From assembly GCA_964594735.1 (NCBI GenBank), contig CAZQMS010000006.1, forward strand, positions 13,982-77,981: DNA of 64,000 nucleotides, given 5' to 3'. Below the pieces are notes generated by a model. It was given only the letters and a program-made list of their open reading frames with translations. It was not told where the DNA came from and made no database searches. Source of the DNA: an uncultured Candidatus Saccharibacteria bacterium (GTDB taxonomy: Bacteria; Patescibacteriota; Minisyncoccia; Phycocordibacterales; UBA2100). Positions 9,886 to 19,686 of this stretch are shown here, piece after piece; the stretch's first letter is position 1; each line of letters starts with the position of its first letter. The translations under genes and the position numbers were made by a program.

Positions 9886-10085
9886 ATCACTTCTCCCTGT
9901 ACTGCTCTTTGCTAGTAATGCCCCATTGACAACGGGTTGCCCAAAAAGTGATGAAATGTGATTAATTTTGATTTCTGGTAAGTACGTTTGCGAACTTCGC
10001 CTTTTGCCGATAATCCGCACACTCTCTAGCTTTTTCCTTGTTTTGCTCGACGTTTCGACATACCATCAGAAATTATCCGAGAGTA

Positions 10086-10107
10086 TTCGAATCCCTCCCT
10101 CTCCGCA
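10086..10107 (+). repeat. direct repeat (21 nt) of tRNA-Ser T-arm/acceptor 3' end; putative attR-like island boundary
   Basis: TTCGAATCCCTCCCTCTCCGC matches tRNA-Ser 5350-5371. Confidence 0.65.
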
Positions 10108-10110
10108 AAT

Positions 10111-10758
10111 CTATGCCCTTGCTAAAGCGATGAGCGATACGGTAGCTCCTGCGCGGCGGAGCGGTGTCGCGGCGTTGGCGAGCGTAGCGCCGGTGGTGGT
10201 CACGTCGTCAATGAGATAGACGTGCGTTTTTGATACATCGACGCCTTCGCGTAGTGAAAATGCTCCGGCGACGTTGGAGAGGCGCTCGGAGCGATGCAGC
10301 TTTGTCTGGGGTTTTGTCGCGCGCGTGCGCACGAGTATGTCGGTCGCAAGGCGAGCGCGCGTGCCGTCGCGGAAGTCGTGCGGGAGTCGTTGCAAAACGG
10401 ACTCTATCTGGTTATACCCGCGTTCACGGCGACGCGATGTGTGGAGCGGGAGGGGTAGAATCAGGATTATCTTAGTCGAAAAAGCGGCATCTCCCGCGAT
10501 TTCTTCGGTGAGGTATTCGGCGACGAGTGTTGCGAGCAGGCCGGCGGCCTTTCCGCCGCCATCGTACTTGAGTGATTGGATAAGGTCTCGCGCAGCCTCT
10601 GTCTTGTAGTCCATGAGGGTCGTGATGCGCGCACCGAGGAGTTCGTGCGACGTAGGGCAGAGAGGGACGTGTTCCACTTCCAGAGTGGAGAGGCGTGCAG
10701 TGCGTGCCTTGGGCGGCACGATGGCGTCGAGCACGGCTCTGAGGGCGCGCAAAACCAT
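10111..10758 (-). CDS. comFC: ComFC-family competence protein (phosphoribosyltransferase fold)
   Basis: C-terminal PRT motif VYLIDDVTTTGATL, RGYNQ motif, ComFC-like tail. Confidence 0.7.
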   Translation of the reverse strand: MVLRALRAVLDAIVPPKARTARLSTLEVEHVPLCPTSHELLGARITTLMDYKTEAARDLIQSLKYDGGGKAAGLLATLVAEYLTEEIAGDAAFSTKIILILPLPLHTSRRRERGYNQIESVLQRLPHDFRDGTRARLATDILVRTRATKPQTKLHRSERLSNVAGAFSLREGVDVSKTHVYLIDDVTTTGATLANAATPLRRAGATVSLIALARA

Positions 10759-10795
10759 TCACATATTGTACTGTGTCGCGTGGTAGAGTGCGCGT

Positions 10796-11098
10796 ATGTC
10801 AGAACTACTCTCGTCAGATGAAGTATCGCGTCGCGTCGCGCAGTTGGTCGGCTGGGAAGTCGCGGAAGATGGCACCGAGATAGAAAAATCGTACGATTTT
10901 CCCGATTTCAAGAGCGCGCTCGCGTTTGTGAATCGTGTCGGGGAGGTAGCGGAGGCGCAGAATCATCATCCAGAGATTGATTTGGGATGGGGAAAGGTGG
11001 AGATAGAGCTCTCTACGCACTCTGCGGGAGGTCTTACGGAGAAAGATTTCAATCTTGCGTCGAAAATTGACGCTCTCGAAGCGAACGAGGTGCTATAA
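10796..11098 (+). CDS. pterin-4a-carbinolamine dehydratase
   Basis: E-x-HHPE motif (EAQNHHPEIDLGWGKVEIEL), about 100 aa. Confidence 0.75.
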   Translation: MSELLSSDEVSRRVAQLVGWEVAEDGTEIEKSYDFPDFKSALAFVNRVGEVAEAQNHHPEIDLGWGKVEIELSTHSAGGLTEKDFNLASKIDALEANEVL

Positions 11099-11105
11099 TT
11101 TTTCA

Positions 11106-12248
11106 ATGGCGTTCTCCCTAGGCAATCTTCTCAAGAATTTTGGAGGGAAAAAAGACGAAGGAAGCGTCGTCGGCATCGATATTGGTACATCGACCGCAAA
11201 AGTCGTGCAGCTGCGCTCTTCGCGCGGCATCGCCATACTCGAGACGTATGGCGAAATTGCACTCGGTCCGTATGCTGACCAGCCTATCGGCAAAGTGGTA
11301 AAGCTCGCACCCGAAAAGACAGCGCAGGCGCTCAAAGACCTCATGAAAGAGGCGAATGTGACGGCAAAAAACGCGGGTGTGTCTGTGCCATTCTCCTCGA
11401 GCCTCATCTCGATACTCGATTTGCCGAAGGTGGACGCCGAATCACTTAAGCGCATCGTGCCCATCGAGGCGCGCAAGTACATTCCCGTAGCGGTTTCAGA
11501 TGTCACCCTCGATTGGTTCATCATCCCGCAAGATGAAGAGCGCGACAGCGCCTTTGACCAGCTGCAGACCACCACCAAGGTGCAGGTAAAAGGGCAAGAG
11601 GTGCTCCTCGCAGCAATCCACAACGACACACTGTGCTCGTACCAGGCAATCATGGAAGACATCGGGGTCAATGCAGGCTTCTACGAGATAGAAATATTCA
11701 GCGCAATTCGCAGTTCGCTCGGACATGGGCTCGCGCCGATTATGATTGTGGACCTTGGAGCGAGTACGACGAAGATGTACATCATCGAGCGCGGTATCGT
11801 GCGCATGACGCACCTCCTCACGGTCGGGGGACAGCAGATGACAGAGACGCTCGGTCGCACCATGACCTGGGAATTCGAGAAAGCAGAGCGCATCAAGAGG
11901 GAGCGCGGTCTCGTGAGCACGAGCGCGTATGCCGACGACGAAAACACGCGCATCAAAGAAGCGCTGTTATCAACATTGTCCCGAGTGTTTTCCGAGGTGA
12001 ATCGGGTACTATTGAGTTACGGGCAGCGATACAATAAGAATGTATCGAATGTGGTTTTGACGGGCGGTGGTGCATCGCTTCCCGGAATCGTAGATGCAGC
12101 GAAAGAATCTCTGAGTGCTGAGGTCAGCCTCGCTGATCCGTTCTCGCATACTGAGGCACCCGCATTTCTCGGCGACGTCCTTCGCGAAATTGGTCCAGGC
12201 TTTTCTGTCACCGTGGGGCTCGGACTCCGAAAGCTCAAGCGTTCATAA
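11106..12248 (+). CDS. pilM: type IV pilus assembly protein PilM (actin-like ATPase)
   Basis: VVGIDIGTSTAKVVQL N-terminal actin-fold motif; size and locus context. Confidence 0.8.
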   Translation: MAFSLGNLLKNFGGKKDEGSVVGIDIGTSTAKVVQLRSSRGIAILETYGEIALGPYADQPIGKVVKLAPEKTAQALKDLMKEANVTAKNAGVSVPFSSSLISILDLPKVDAESLKRIVPIEARKYIPVAVSDVTLDWFIIPQDEERDSAFDQLQTTTKVQVKGQEVLLAAIHNDTLCSYQAIMEDIGVNAGFYEIEIFSAIRSSLGHGLAPIMIVDLGASTTKMYIIERGIVRMTHLLTVGGQQMTETLGRTMTWEFEKAERIKRERGLVSTSAYADDENTRIKEALLSTLSRVFSEVNRVLLSYGQRYNKNVSNVVLTGGGASLPGIVDAAKESLSAEVSLADPFSHTEAPAFLGDVLREIGPGFSVTVGLGLRKLKRS

Positions 12249-12251
12249 ATT

Positions 12252-12965
12252 ATGGAATCCGGCATACAATCGTCGTTCATTCCGCAGGATGCGGGACGTC
12301 CCTCGCAGGCGCCTCGGCAGGTGCGTTCGGGGGGGCTCGGCGAACTCGGCTTTCTCATAGGCATCGTACTTTTCGTTGCATCCGCCGCGCTCGCGGGTGC
12401 GGTCTTTCTCTATGAACAATTCACTATTTCCAACGCGAACAGCAAGAGCGAGCAGCTCCAAAGGGCGAAGGAGGCGTTTGAGCCGGCGCTCATTCACGAG
12501 ATAACGCGGCTCGATGACAGGATGCGTGCTGCCGACCAGGTACTCGCAGCGCATCTCGCTCCCATCGCGCTTTTCGATGCGCTCCAGGTCACGACGCTCG
12601 CGACGGTATCTTTTAAGTCACTCTCGCTCGAGGTCGTCGATTCGCAGAATATCAATGTGAAGATGTCGGGTATCGCGCAGGGGGTCAACTCCATCGCGCT
12701 CCAGGCCGATCTCTTCTCGAAAAGCGGTGTTCTCGCGAACCCCATTTTCTCCGATATCAACAGGCAGGCCGATGGCGTACATTTCAACCTGAGTGCCCTT
12801 GTGAATCCTTCTGCTATCAACTACGTGCGGCTCATGAACACGGCAGGTGCGGCAGTATCGGTGCCCCAGCAGCAGGCACCCGTTTCGCCGTTTGCACCAC
12901 AGCAAGGGGCGCAAACCGACGCCTCGGTACAGCCTCTGCAGGGCGAAGCGGCTCCTACACAATAA
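12252..12965 (+). CDS. pilN: type IV pilus assembly protein PilN-like (single TM)
   Basis: N-terminal TM then coiled region; position after pilM. Confidence 0.6.
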   Translation: MESGIQSSFIPQDAGRPSQAPRQVRSGGLGELGFLIGIVLFVASAALAGAVFLYEQFTISNANSKSEQLQRAKEAFEPALIHEITRLDDRMRAADQVLAAHLAPIALFDALQVTTLATVSFKSLSLEVVDSQNINVKMSGIAQGVNSIALQADLFSKSGVLANPIFSDINRQADGVHFNLSALVNPSAINYVRLMNTAGAAVSVPQQQAPVSPFAPQQGAQTDASVQPLQGEAAPTQ

Positions 12966-12969
12966 GCGT

Positions 12970-13539
12970 ATGTTCAAAACCATCATTTCAGTCGTCTGTT
13001 TCGTAGCCGCGGGAGCGATTTTCTTCCTCTATACGCAGCCCACGTACGATGCCGTGAAACTGTCGAGTCAACAGATAGCGCAGTACGACGAAGCGCTAAG
13101 CAAGGCAGCGGAGCTCCAGCAGCTCAAGCAAGCACTGCTCTCCAAATACAACACGTTTAATCCGAACGACATCGAGCGATTGCAGAAGCTTCTTCCTGAC
13201 CACGTGGACAACGTGCGACTCATTCTCGATGTCGACAGCGTCGCAGGGCGCCACTCCATGGCAATTCAGAACGTGGTCGTGAGTTCGTCCCAAAGCGCGA
13301 AGACATCGCAGACTGCCATCGGGACCGTAAGCTCATCGCGGCAGAAGTATGATTCGCTCACTATCAAATTCTCGACACAGGGCACGTACGAGAGCTTCCG
13401 TGCATTTATCGAGGATATGCAGCGGAGTCTCCGCATAGTAGACCTCACGTCGCTTGGCATGACGCGCATCGATGCGGGAGGTACGGCGAGCCCGCTCTAC
13501 AATTTTGAAGTCGTGATGCGCACGTACTGGCTCAAGTAA
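12970..13539 (+). CDS. pilO: type IV pilus assembly protein PilO-like
   Basis: Internal ATG MFKTIISVVCFVAAG...; single TM plus periplasmic domain; locus context. Confidence 0.55.
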   Translation: MFKTIISVVCFVAAGAIFFLYTQPTYDAVKLSSQQIAQYDEALSKAAELQQLKQALLSKYNTFNPNDIERLQKLLPDHVDNVRLILDVDSVAGRHSMAIQNVVVSSSQSAKTSQTAIGTVSSSRQKYDSLTIKFSTQGTYESFRAFIEDMQRSLRIVDLTSLGMTRIDAGGTASPLYNFEVVMRTYWLK

Positions 13540-13544
13540 TCACT

Positions 13545-13895
13545 ATGTCCTGGATTCTAAAGAACAAACTCGTATTCATCCTGCTCATTGCCGTCTTAGC
13601 GGGCGGCGTATGGTACGGCCTCTCAAGCGGGGGAGACGCGCCACCGCTACTCACGACGACCTCGCCGGAGGGTGCCACGATTCAGCAGCAAAACGCTGAC
13701 CAGGAAATCATCGGCACACTTCTCGCGCTGCGCGCGGTCACTCTCTCAGGCTCAATTCTTACCGATCCGAGCTTCATGTCGCTTCAAGATTTCGGGACGA
13801 CGCTCGTACCGGAGCCGATAGGCCGCCAGAATCCCTTTGCGCCGCTGGGGGCGACGCGTGCCACGAGTACACCTCTCCCTACTTCCGCGAGGTAA
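13545..13895 (+). CDS. pilus assembly protein, PilP-like (TM-anchored)
   Basis: TM helix then Pro/Thr-rich tail; locus context. Confidence 0.4.
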   Translation: MSWILKNKLVFILLIAVLAGGVWYGLSSGGDAPPLLTTTSPEGATIQQQNADQEIIGTLLALRAVTLSGSILTDPSFMSLQDFGTTLVPEPIGRQNPFAPLGATRATSTPLPTSAR

Positions 13896-13899
13896 CGGT

Positions 13900-15576
13900 A
13901 TGGCCGCTCTCACTGCAGCGCCGGCAGAGCCCGAGACCCCGGTGCGCGATCTGGGTGACCTCAAGGTGCCGTACGATGTACTCAAGTACATTCCCGAAGA
14001 ATCGGCAGAGCACTACAAAATAGCGCCGCTCGCTCTTACCGACGGGGTACTCGAGGTCGGCATGGTCGACCCCGACAACATCCAGGGTATCGATGCATTG
14101 AACTTCATATCTCGCTCGACGGGCGTCCCGTACAAAGTATTTGCCATCTCAAATGCAGACTTTGAGAAGATTCTCGCGATGTACCGCGGACTTCGCGGCG
14201 AGGTCGACAAAGCTGTTTCAGACCTGCAGACAGAACAGCACGCCAATCCTATGCCAAAGGCAGAGACGGAAACCACCTCGGTCGACCTCGAAGATCCGAG
14301 CATATCCAAATCGAACGGCGGAAGAGAAGATATACAGGAAGACGCACCCGCGATAAAGATTGTCTCGACGATTCTTCGCTACGCTATCGATGGTCATGCA
14401 TCCGACGTTCACATCGAACCGCTCAGCACGGGTGTCAGAGTGCGCTATCGCGTCGACGGCGACTTGCACACGAGTGTCGTGCTACCGCCGCAGACGCACC
14501 GCGCCATTGTCGCGCGCATCAAGGTGCTCTCGAGCATCAGGCTCGACGAACGTCGCAAACCGCAGGACGGTCGTTTCTCCGCGACTATCGACAACAGGCA
14601 GATAGACTTCCGCGTGTCGACATTCCCTTCGTACAACGGCGAGAAAGTCGTGATACGTATCCTCGACCGCGAGCAGGGATTTATCCCGCTCGACCAAATA
14701 GGGCTCTCCGAGAGGAACCTCAAGGTCATGCGAGAGGCGATTCAGAAGCCACACGGACTCATCCTCATCTCAGGCCCTACGGGAAGCGGAAAGTCGACGA
14801 CGCTCTACTCGATGCTCTCAGAGCTCGACCGCGAGCACAAAAATGTGCTCTCGCTCGAAGACCCGATTGAATATTTCGTCGACGGCATCATCCAATCGCA
14901 GGTACACCCGGAGATTGGGTACACCTTTGCATCGGGTCTGCGCACCACGCTTCGCCAAGACCCCGATGTCATCATGGTCGGCGAAATCCGCGACGGTGAG
15001 ACGGCAAAGCTTGCGATTCAGGCAGCGCTCACGGGTCACCTCGTCTTCTCGACGATTCACACCAACGACGCGGTCGGCACAATACCGCGCCTCATCGACA
15101 TGGGTGTGGAACCGTACCTTATTCCTCCCGTCCTGATTCTCTCTATCGCGCAGCGCCTCACGCGCACATTTTGCGAGGGTGGGGCACAAGAGTTTCAGCT
15201 ATCCCCAAGCGATAGAAAGAACATCGAGACTGACATGGCGAGCCTGCCGGAGCAGTACCGATTCCCGATACCCGGCGTCGCGTATGAGCCGCAGCGCACT
15301 GCGACATGCCCGACGGGTCTGCGCGGTCGTATGGCGGTCTTCGAGCTCATGGAAATGTCGCCCAAGCTCGAGCGCATCGTGCTTGAGAACCCCGTCGAGT
15401 CGAAGCTGTGGGATGTGGCTCGCGCTGAAGGCATGCTCACCATGCGCGAGGATGCTATGATGAAAGCGTTCGATAAAAAGATTCCTTTCTCGGAGGTTAA
15501 CGGCTTGAGTAGGGCGATGCTCGTCGGCGACCCCATCGAAGAAAGTGCACAACCTCCGACCAAAAAAGACGTATGA
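13900..15576 (+). CDS. pilB: type IV pilus assembly ATPase PilB (GspE family)
   Basis: N-terminal GSPII_E_N region, Walker A GPTGSGKSTT, Asp box, His box, tetracysteine-like region. Confidence 0.9.
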   Translation: MAALTAAPAEPETPVRDLGDLKVPYDVLKYIPEESAEHYKIAPLALTDGVLEVGMVDPDNIQGIDALNFISRSTGVPYKVFAISNADFEKILAMYRGLRGEVDKAVSDLQTEQHANPMPKAETETTSVDLEDPSISKSNGGREDIQEDAPAIKIVSTILRYAIDGHASDVHIEPLSTGVRVRYRVDGDLHTSVVLPPQTHRAIVARIKVLSSIRLDERRKPQDGRFSATIDNRQIDFRVSTFPSYNGEKVVIRILDREQGFIPLDQIGLSERNLKVMREAIQKPHGLILISGPTGSGKSTTLYSMLSELDREHKNVLSLEDPIEYFVDGIIQSQVHPEIGYTFASGLRTTLRQDPDVIMVGEIRDGETAKLAIQAALTGHLVFSTIHTNDAVGTIPRLIDMGVEPYLIPPVLILSIAQRLTRTFCEGGAQEFQLSPSDRKNIETDMASLPEQYRFPIPGVAYEPQRTATCPTGLRGRMAVFELMEMSPKLERIVLENPVESKLWDVARAEGMLTMREDAMMKAFDKKIPFSEVNGLSRAMLVGDPIEESAQPPTKKDV

Positions 15577-15971
15577 CCGACGCATCAAAGGCAAATGTGC
15601 TCCTCGTCGATGACGACAAGTTTCTTCTCGACATGTACGCGATGAAATTTACTCAGCAGGGTTACACTGTGCAATCGTCTGTTTCCGGCTCTGATGCCGT
15701 AGCGCAACTCAAACAGGGCTTTGCGCCAGACGTCATCATCTTCGACCTCATTATGCCGGAGTGCGACGGGTTTCAATTCTTGCAAGATATTCACGACAAC
15801 AAGCTCGGCGAAAATGCGCTCAAGATTGCGCTGACAAATCAGAGTACGGATGCAGAAATGAAAAAAGCGATGGAGCTTGGTGCAGATGAATTTATCGTAA
15901 AGGCGACGATGATACCCTCTGAGGTTGTCAACACCGTAGAGACACTGCTTTCTAAGAGAAAGACGTCATAA
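15573..15971 (+). CDS. stand-alone response regulator receiver (CheY-like)
   Basis: LLVDDD, phospho-acceptor D in FDLIMP, conserved T and K. Confidence 0.8.
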   Translation: MTDASKANVLLVDDDKFLLDMYAMKFTQQGYTVQSSVSGSDAVAQLKQGFAPDVIIFDLIMPECDGFQFLQDIHDNKLGENALKIALTNQSTDAEMKKAMELGADEFIVKATMIPSEVVNTVETLLSKRKTS

Positions 15972-15978
15972 TAGAACC

Positions 15979-17040
15979 ATGGACTACGCGACCCTTCTGA
16001 AAAAATACATCAACATCGTCGTCAACGAGGGCGCGTCCGACTTGCATCTTTCGACAGCGATGCACCCGACGCTTCGCGTCTCTGGTGTGCTCACGCCGAT
16101 GCTCAAAGAAGATGTGCTGAAGCCTGAGGACACGAAGGGTTTTGTGGCTGTGATGCTAAAACCAGAGCAGCAGAAGCAGTTTGCCGATACGCAGGAGATA
16201 GACTTTGCCTATCAGACGGAAGACGGCAATCGATTCCGAGGCAACGCGTACGTGCAGCGCGGCGCAGTCTCCATCGCACTTCGTCTTATCCCGAAGAAAA
16301 TTCGCACGATTGCGGAGCTCAACCTCCCTGAGATTGTCACGTCGTTTGCCCGCCGCTCGCAGGGGTTCTTTCTCGTTGTAGGACCAGTGGGGCAGGGTAA
16401 GACGACCACGCTTGCTGCGCTCATCGACCTCATCAACACCGAGCGCATGGAACACATCGTGACTATAGAGGACCCGATTGAATACATTTTCGAGCCGAAG
16501 CAGTCTCTCATCGACCAGCGCGAAGTGCGGGTGGACACCAAGGACTTCGCGACAGCGCTCACGGCAGCATTCCGCCAGGACATCGACGTCTTGCTCGTCG
16601 GCGAGATGCGCGATGCTGAGACCACCGCGGCCGCGGTTTCGGCCGCAGAGACGGGGCACCTCGTCTTCTCCACACTCCACACCAACAACGCCGCGCAGAC
16701 CGTAGACCGTATCATCGACATCTTCCCCGCAAGTCAGCAAGACCAGATACGTCTCCAGCTTGCATCATCGCTTGCCGGCATTTTCTCGCAGCGCCTTATC
16801 CCACGCATTTCCGGCGGGCTCATCCCAGTGTGCGAGCTCCTCATCAACAACAAGGCGGTCGCCAACCTTATCCGCGAGAAGCGGACGCACGAAATCAACA
16901 CGGTCATCGAGACGTCGTCGCAAGACGGCATGATTGATATGAACAGGAATCTCGCAGAGCTCGTCGCGCGCGGCGAGATAACGACTGAGACCGCGTACCA
17001 GTACTCACTCAACCCGAATTCACTTGAGAAGTTGATGTAG
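15979..17040 (+). CDS. pilT: twitching motility ATPase PilT
   Basis: Walker A GPVGQGKTTT, GEMRD, HTNNA His box, 353 aa. Confidence 0.9.
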   Translation: MDYATLLKKYINIVVNEGASDLHLSTAMHPTLRVSGVLTPMLKEDVLKPEDTKGFVAVMLKPEQQKQFADTQEIDFAYQTEDGNRFRGNAYVQRGAVSIALRLIPKKIRTIAELNLPEIVTSFARRSQGFFLVVGPVGQGKTTTLAALIDLINTERMEHIVTIEDPIEYIFEPKQSLIDQREVRVDTKDFATALTAAFRQDIDVLLVGEMRDAETTAAAVSAAETGHLVFSTLHTNNAAQTVDRIIDIFPASQQDQIRLQLASSLAGIFSQRLIPRISGGLIPVCELLINNKAVANLIREKRTHEINTVIETSSQDGMIDMNRNLAELVARGEITTETAYQYSLNPNSLEKLM

Positions 17041-17041
17041 T

Positions 17042-18250
17042 ATGGCCGTTTTCAACTACACGGCGCTCGACAGCGAGGGGAATGAGAGGCAGGGCACGAT
17101 AGATGCCGTCACGCAGGACGTTGCTATTACTGCACTCCAGCGCCGTGGACTCATCGTTTCTTCAGTAGCACCCGCTTCGTCCAAAGCGGTGCTCGATACG
17201 AGAATCTCGTTTACGGAACGCATAACGAACTCAGACATCGTCATGCTCTCTCGGCAGATGACGACGCTCTTCGAGGCGCAGGTATCTGCGCTTCGTGCGT
17301 TTCGTCTTCTTGCTGCCGAGTCGCGTACCGCGGCACTCGGCGATAGGCTCACCGAGGTTGCCAATGACATACAGAGCGGAAGCAGCATATCGTCGGCGCT
17401 CTCCAAACATCCCAAAGTTTTCTCGTCGTTCTACGTCAACATGGTGCGCGCGGGCGAAGAGTCGGGCAAGCTCGATGAGACATTCGCATTCCTCGCGGAT
17501 TACCTCGACAGAAACTACGAGATAACACAGAAGGCGCGCAACGCTCTCATTTACCCCGCATTCATTACCGTCACGTTCATCGCGGTCATGATACTCATGC
17601 TCACGCTCGTGATTCCCAACCTCTCGAGCATGCTTACCGAATCGGGGCAGGCGATACCGATATACACAAAAGTGGTTATAGCGCTCAGTGACTTCTTTAG
17701 GCACTACATCGTGCTTATCCTCGTCCTTCTTGTGATGGGCGGTGTATTTCTTGTCCGCTACGGCAAAACGAAGGCGGGAAGGGAGCTTTTCTCGCGCGCA
17801 CGCCTCGAGGCGCCGGCAATTGGTGGCATCTACCAGAAGATTTACCTCTCGCGTCTTGCGGACAATCTCTCGACGATGCTCAAAAGCGGAATTCAAATAC
17901 TTCGCGGCATCGAAATTACCGCAAGTGTCGTGGAAGATGCGACCTACGAGCGCATCCTGACCGCCGCGGCAGTCGATGTAAAAGCGGGCATGCCGGTCTC
18001 CGAGGCGCTCCGCAAGCATCCTGAGATACCAGGCATCGTCGTCGCTATGATGAAAATCGGTGAAGAGACGGGCAACATGGGTCAGATACTGGAAACCATC
18101 GCGCGATTCTACCGGCGCGAGGTCAACAACGCCGTCGATACGCTCGTCGGGCTGATCGAGCCGTTTATGATTGTCTCGCTCGCGGTGGGCGTCGCTATTT
18201 TGCTCGCATCGGTACTCATACCTATCTACAACGTCGCGTCGAGCTTCTGA
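17042..18250 (+). CDS. pilC: type IV pilus platform protein PilC (T2SS F domain x2)
   Basis: Two GspF-like repeats, 3 TM, 402 aa. Confidence 0.85.
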   Translation: MAVFNYTALDSEGNERQGTIDAVTQDVAITALQRRGLIVSSVAPASSKAVLDTRISFTERITNSDIVMLSRQMTTLFEAQVSALRAFRLLAAESRTAALGDRLTEVANDIQSGSSISSALSKHPKVFSSFYVNMVRAGEESGKLDETFAFLADYLDRNYEITQKARNALIYPAFITVTFIAVMILMLTLVIPNLSSMLTESGQAIPIYTKVVIALSDFFRHYIVLILVLLVMGGVFLVRYGKTKAGRELFSRARLEAPAIGGIYQKIYLSRLADNLSTMLKSGIQILRGIEITASVVEDATYERILTAAAVDVKAGMPVSEALRKHPEIPGIVVAMMKIGEETGNMGQILETIARFYRREVNNAVDTLVGLIEPFMIVSLAVGVAILLASVLIPIYNVASSF

Positions 18251-18338
18251 TTTTGTTATCCACAGAGGCGTCATGAAAAAGTCGCAGCCGGTATACAATT
18301 GTCATACTTACTAGAACAGCATTTATTTAACTGAAATT

Positions 18339-18794
18339 ATGATGAATATTACAAGACGCGGCTTTACGCTCATCGAGCTCCTCGTCGTCATTGCAATCAT
18401 CGGCATTCTCTCGTCGGTGGTGCTCGCGTCGCTCAACAGCGCGCGTCAGAAGGGTCGCGATGCGCGCCGCATTGCAGACATCAAGCAGCTCCAGCTCGCG
18501 CTCGAGCTCTACTACGATGCCGAGGGAAGCTATCCAAACGCAATCTCTACGTCGACAGTCGTTTCAGACGGATACATCGCAGCACTTCCGCTCGACCCGT
18601 CGACTGGCGCGGCATACAGCTACGCAGGTCTCGGCAGTGGTGCAACATGCACAAGCTACCACCTCGGGGCCACGCTTGAGCAGGAGAATCACACAGCGCT
18701 CGACGGCGACAACGATGCGGCTGCCGGTACGGCATGCACCGGTTCCGCCGCAGACTTCGCTGGCACAGATCCAATCTACGACGTCAAACCGTAG
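18339..18794 (+). CDS. pilA: type IV major pilin (prepilin N-methylation motif)
   Basis: Leader MMNITRRG then FTLIELLVVIAIIGIL; followed by a strong terminator. Confidence 0.85.
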   Translation: MMNITRRGFTLIELLVVIAIIGILSSVVLASLNSARQKGRDARRIADIKQLQLALELYYDAEGSYPNAISTSTVVSDGYIAALPLDPSTGAAYSYAGLGSGATCTSYHLGATLEQENHTALDGDNDAAAGTACTGSAADFAGTDPIYDVKP

Positions 18795-18813
18795 TCCGGC
18801 AATCTACTTGAAA

Positions 18814-18838
18814 AGCCCCGCCTCGCGCGGGGCTTTTC
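18814..18838 (+). terminator. rho-independent terminator after pilin gene
   Basis: GCCCCGCCTCGCGCGGGGC then TTTT. Confidence 0.7.
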
Positions 18839-18867
18839 GCTATTTGGGGGCGGTATACTAGTAGGTA

Positions 18868-19686
18868 ATGTTGGTACTTTTCTCCTTCTTTCTTGGCGCA
18901 ATCATCGGGAGCTTTCTGAATGTCGTGGTCATTCGCCATGGTGCGAAGTCTCTCTCGGGCCGCTCCGCATGTCTCTCATGCGCGGCCACTATTCGATGGT
19001 ATGACAACATACCCATCGTATCGTGGTTCGTCTTGCGGGGGCGCTGTCGTGCCTGCGCAAGCCGCATATCCTTCCAATATCCGCTCGTTGAACTGCTGAC
19101 CGGTGTGCTCTTCGCGCTCGCTGCGGCAGCTCTTCTCCCGTCCTTGGTCCTGTGGCACGCACAAGCGATGCTAGTGCTCTTTTTGCACGCTGCCCTCGTC
19201 GCCGCATTCGTCGCGATAGCAGTGTACGATGCGCGTCACACGATAATTCCGGATGCATGGGCGTACGTTGCCGCTCTTGCGGCGCTCTGCATCGCTTTCC
19301 TGACGAGTTACGCGCCGATACATATGACGCTTCTCGCGGGTCCCGCCGCCGCGCTGCCACTTTTTGCACTCTGGCTCGTCTCGCAGGGGAGGTGGATGGG
19401 GCTCGGCGACGCAAAGCTCGCCCTCGCGATAGGGTGGATGCTGGGGCCAGTCTATGGCATAGCGGCAATTTTCCTCGCCTTTGTGATCGGGGCGGTCGTG
19501 AGCCTTGGCGTGCTTTTGCCGCTTCCATACCTTGTCGCTTTTGCACAGCGAGCGGGGATAGTGCGATGGCGAGCTGTGCCTTCGCGCTTTACAATGAAGA
19601 GTGAAGTGGCGTTCGGGCCGTTTCTTATCGCCGCATTCTTTACCGTATGGTTTGCACTTCTCTACCACGTCCCACTGCCGCTATGA
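18868..19686 (+). CDS. pilD: prepilin peptidase PilD (A24 family)
   Basis: N-terminal CxxC...CxxC zinc motif, polytopic membrane domain. Confidence 0.85.
   Translation: MLVLFSFFLGAIIGSFLNVVVIRHGAKSLSGRSACLSCAATIRWYDNIPIVSWFVLRGRCRACASRISFQYPLVELLTGVLFALAAAALLPSLVLWHAQAMLVLFLHAALVAAFVAIAVYDARHTIIPDAWAYVAALAALCIAFLTSYAPIHMTLLAGPAAALPLFALWLVSQGRWMGLGDAKLALAIGWMLGPVYGIAAIFLAFVIGAVVSLGVLLPLPYLVAFAQRAGIVRWRAVPSRFTMKSEVAFGPFLIAAFFTVWFALLYHVPLPL

Larger units (their letters stand above)
5375..10107. mobile_element. putative integrated element remnant (low-GC island at tRNA-Ser, no integrase seen)
   Basis: GC drops to about 43-48% against about 60% flanks; bounded by tRNA-Ser 3' end and a 21-nt direct repeat of that 3' end at 10086-10107; carries an S24 LexA/CI-like repressor. 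Confidence 0.55.

Noticed and set aside
5375-10107. Integrase gene within the tRNA-Ser island
   Set aside because: No ORF with tyrosine or serine recombinase motifs is present, so the element is called a remnant.
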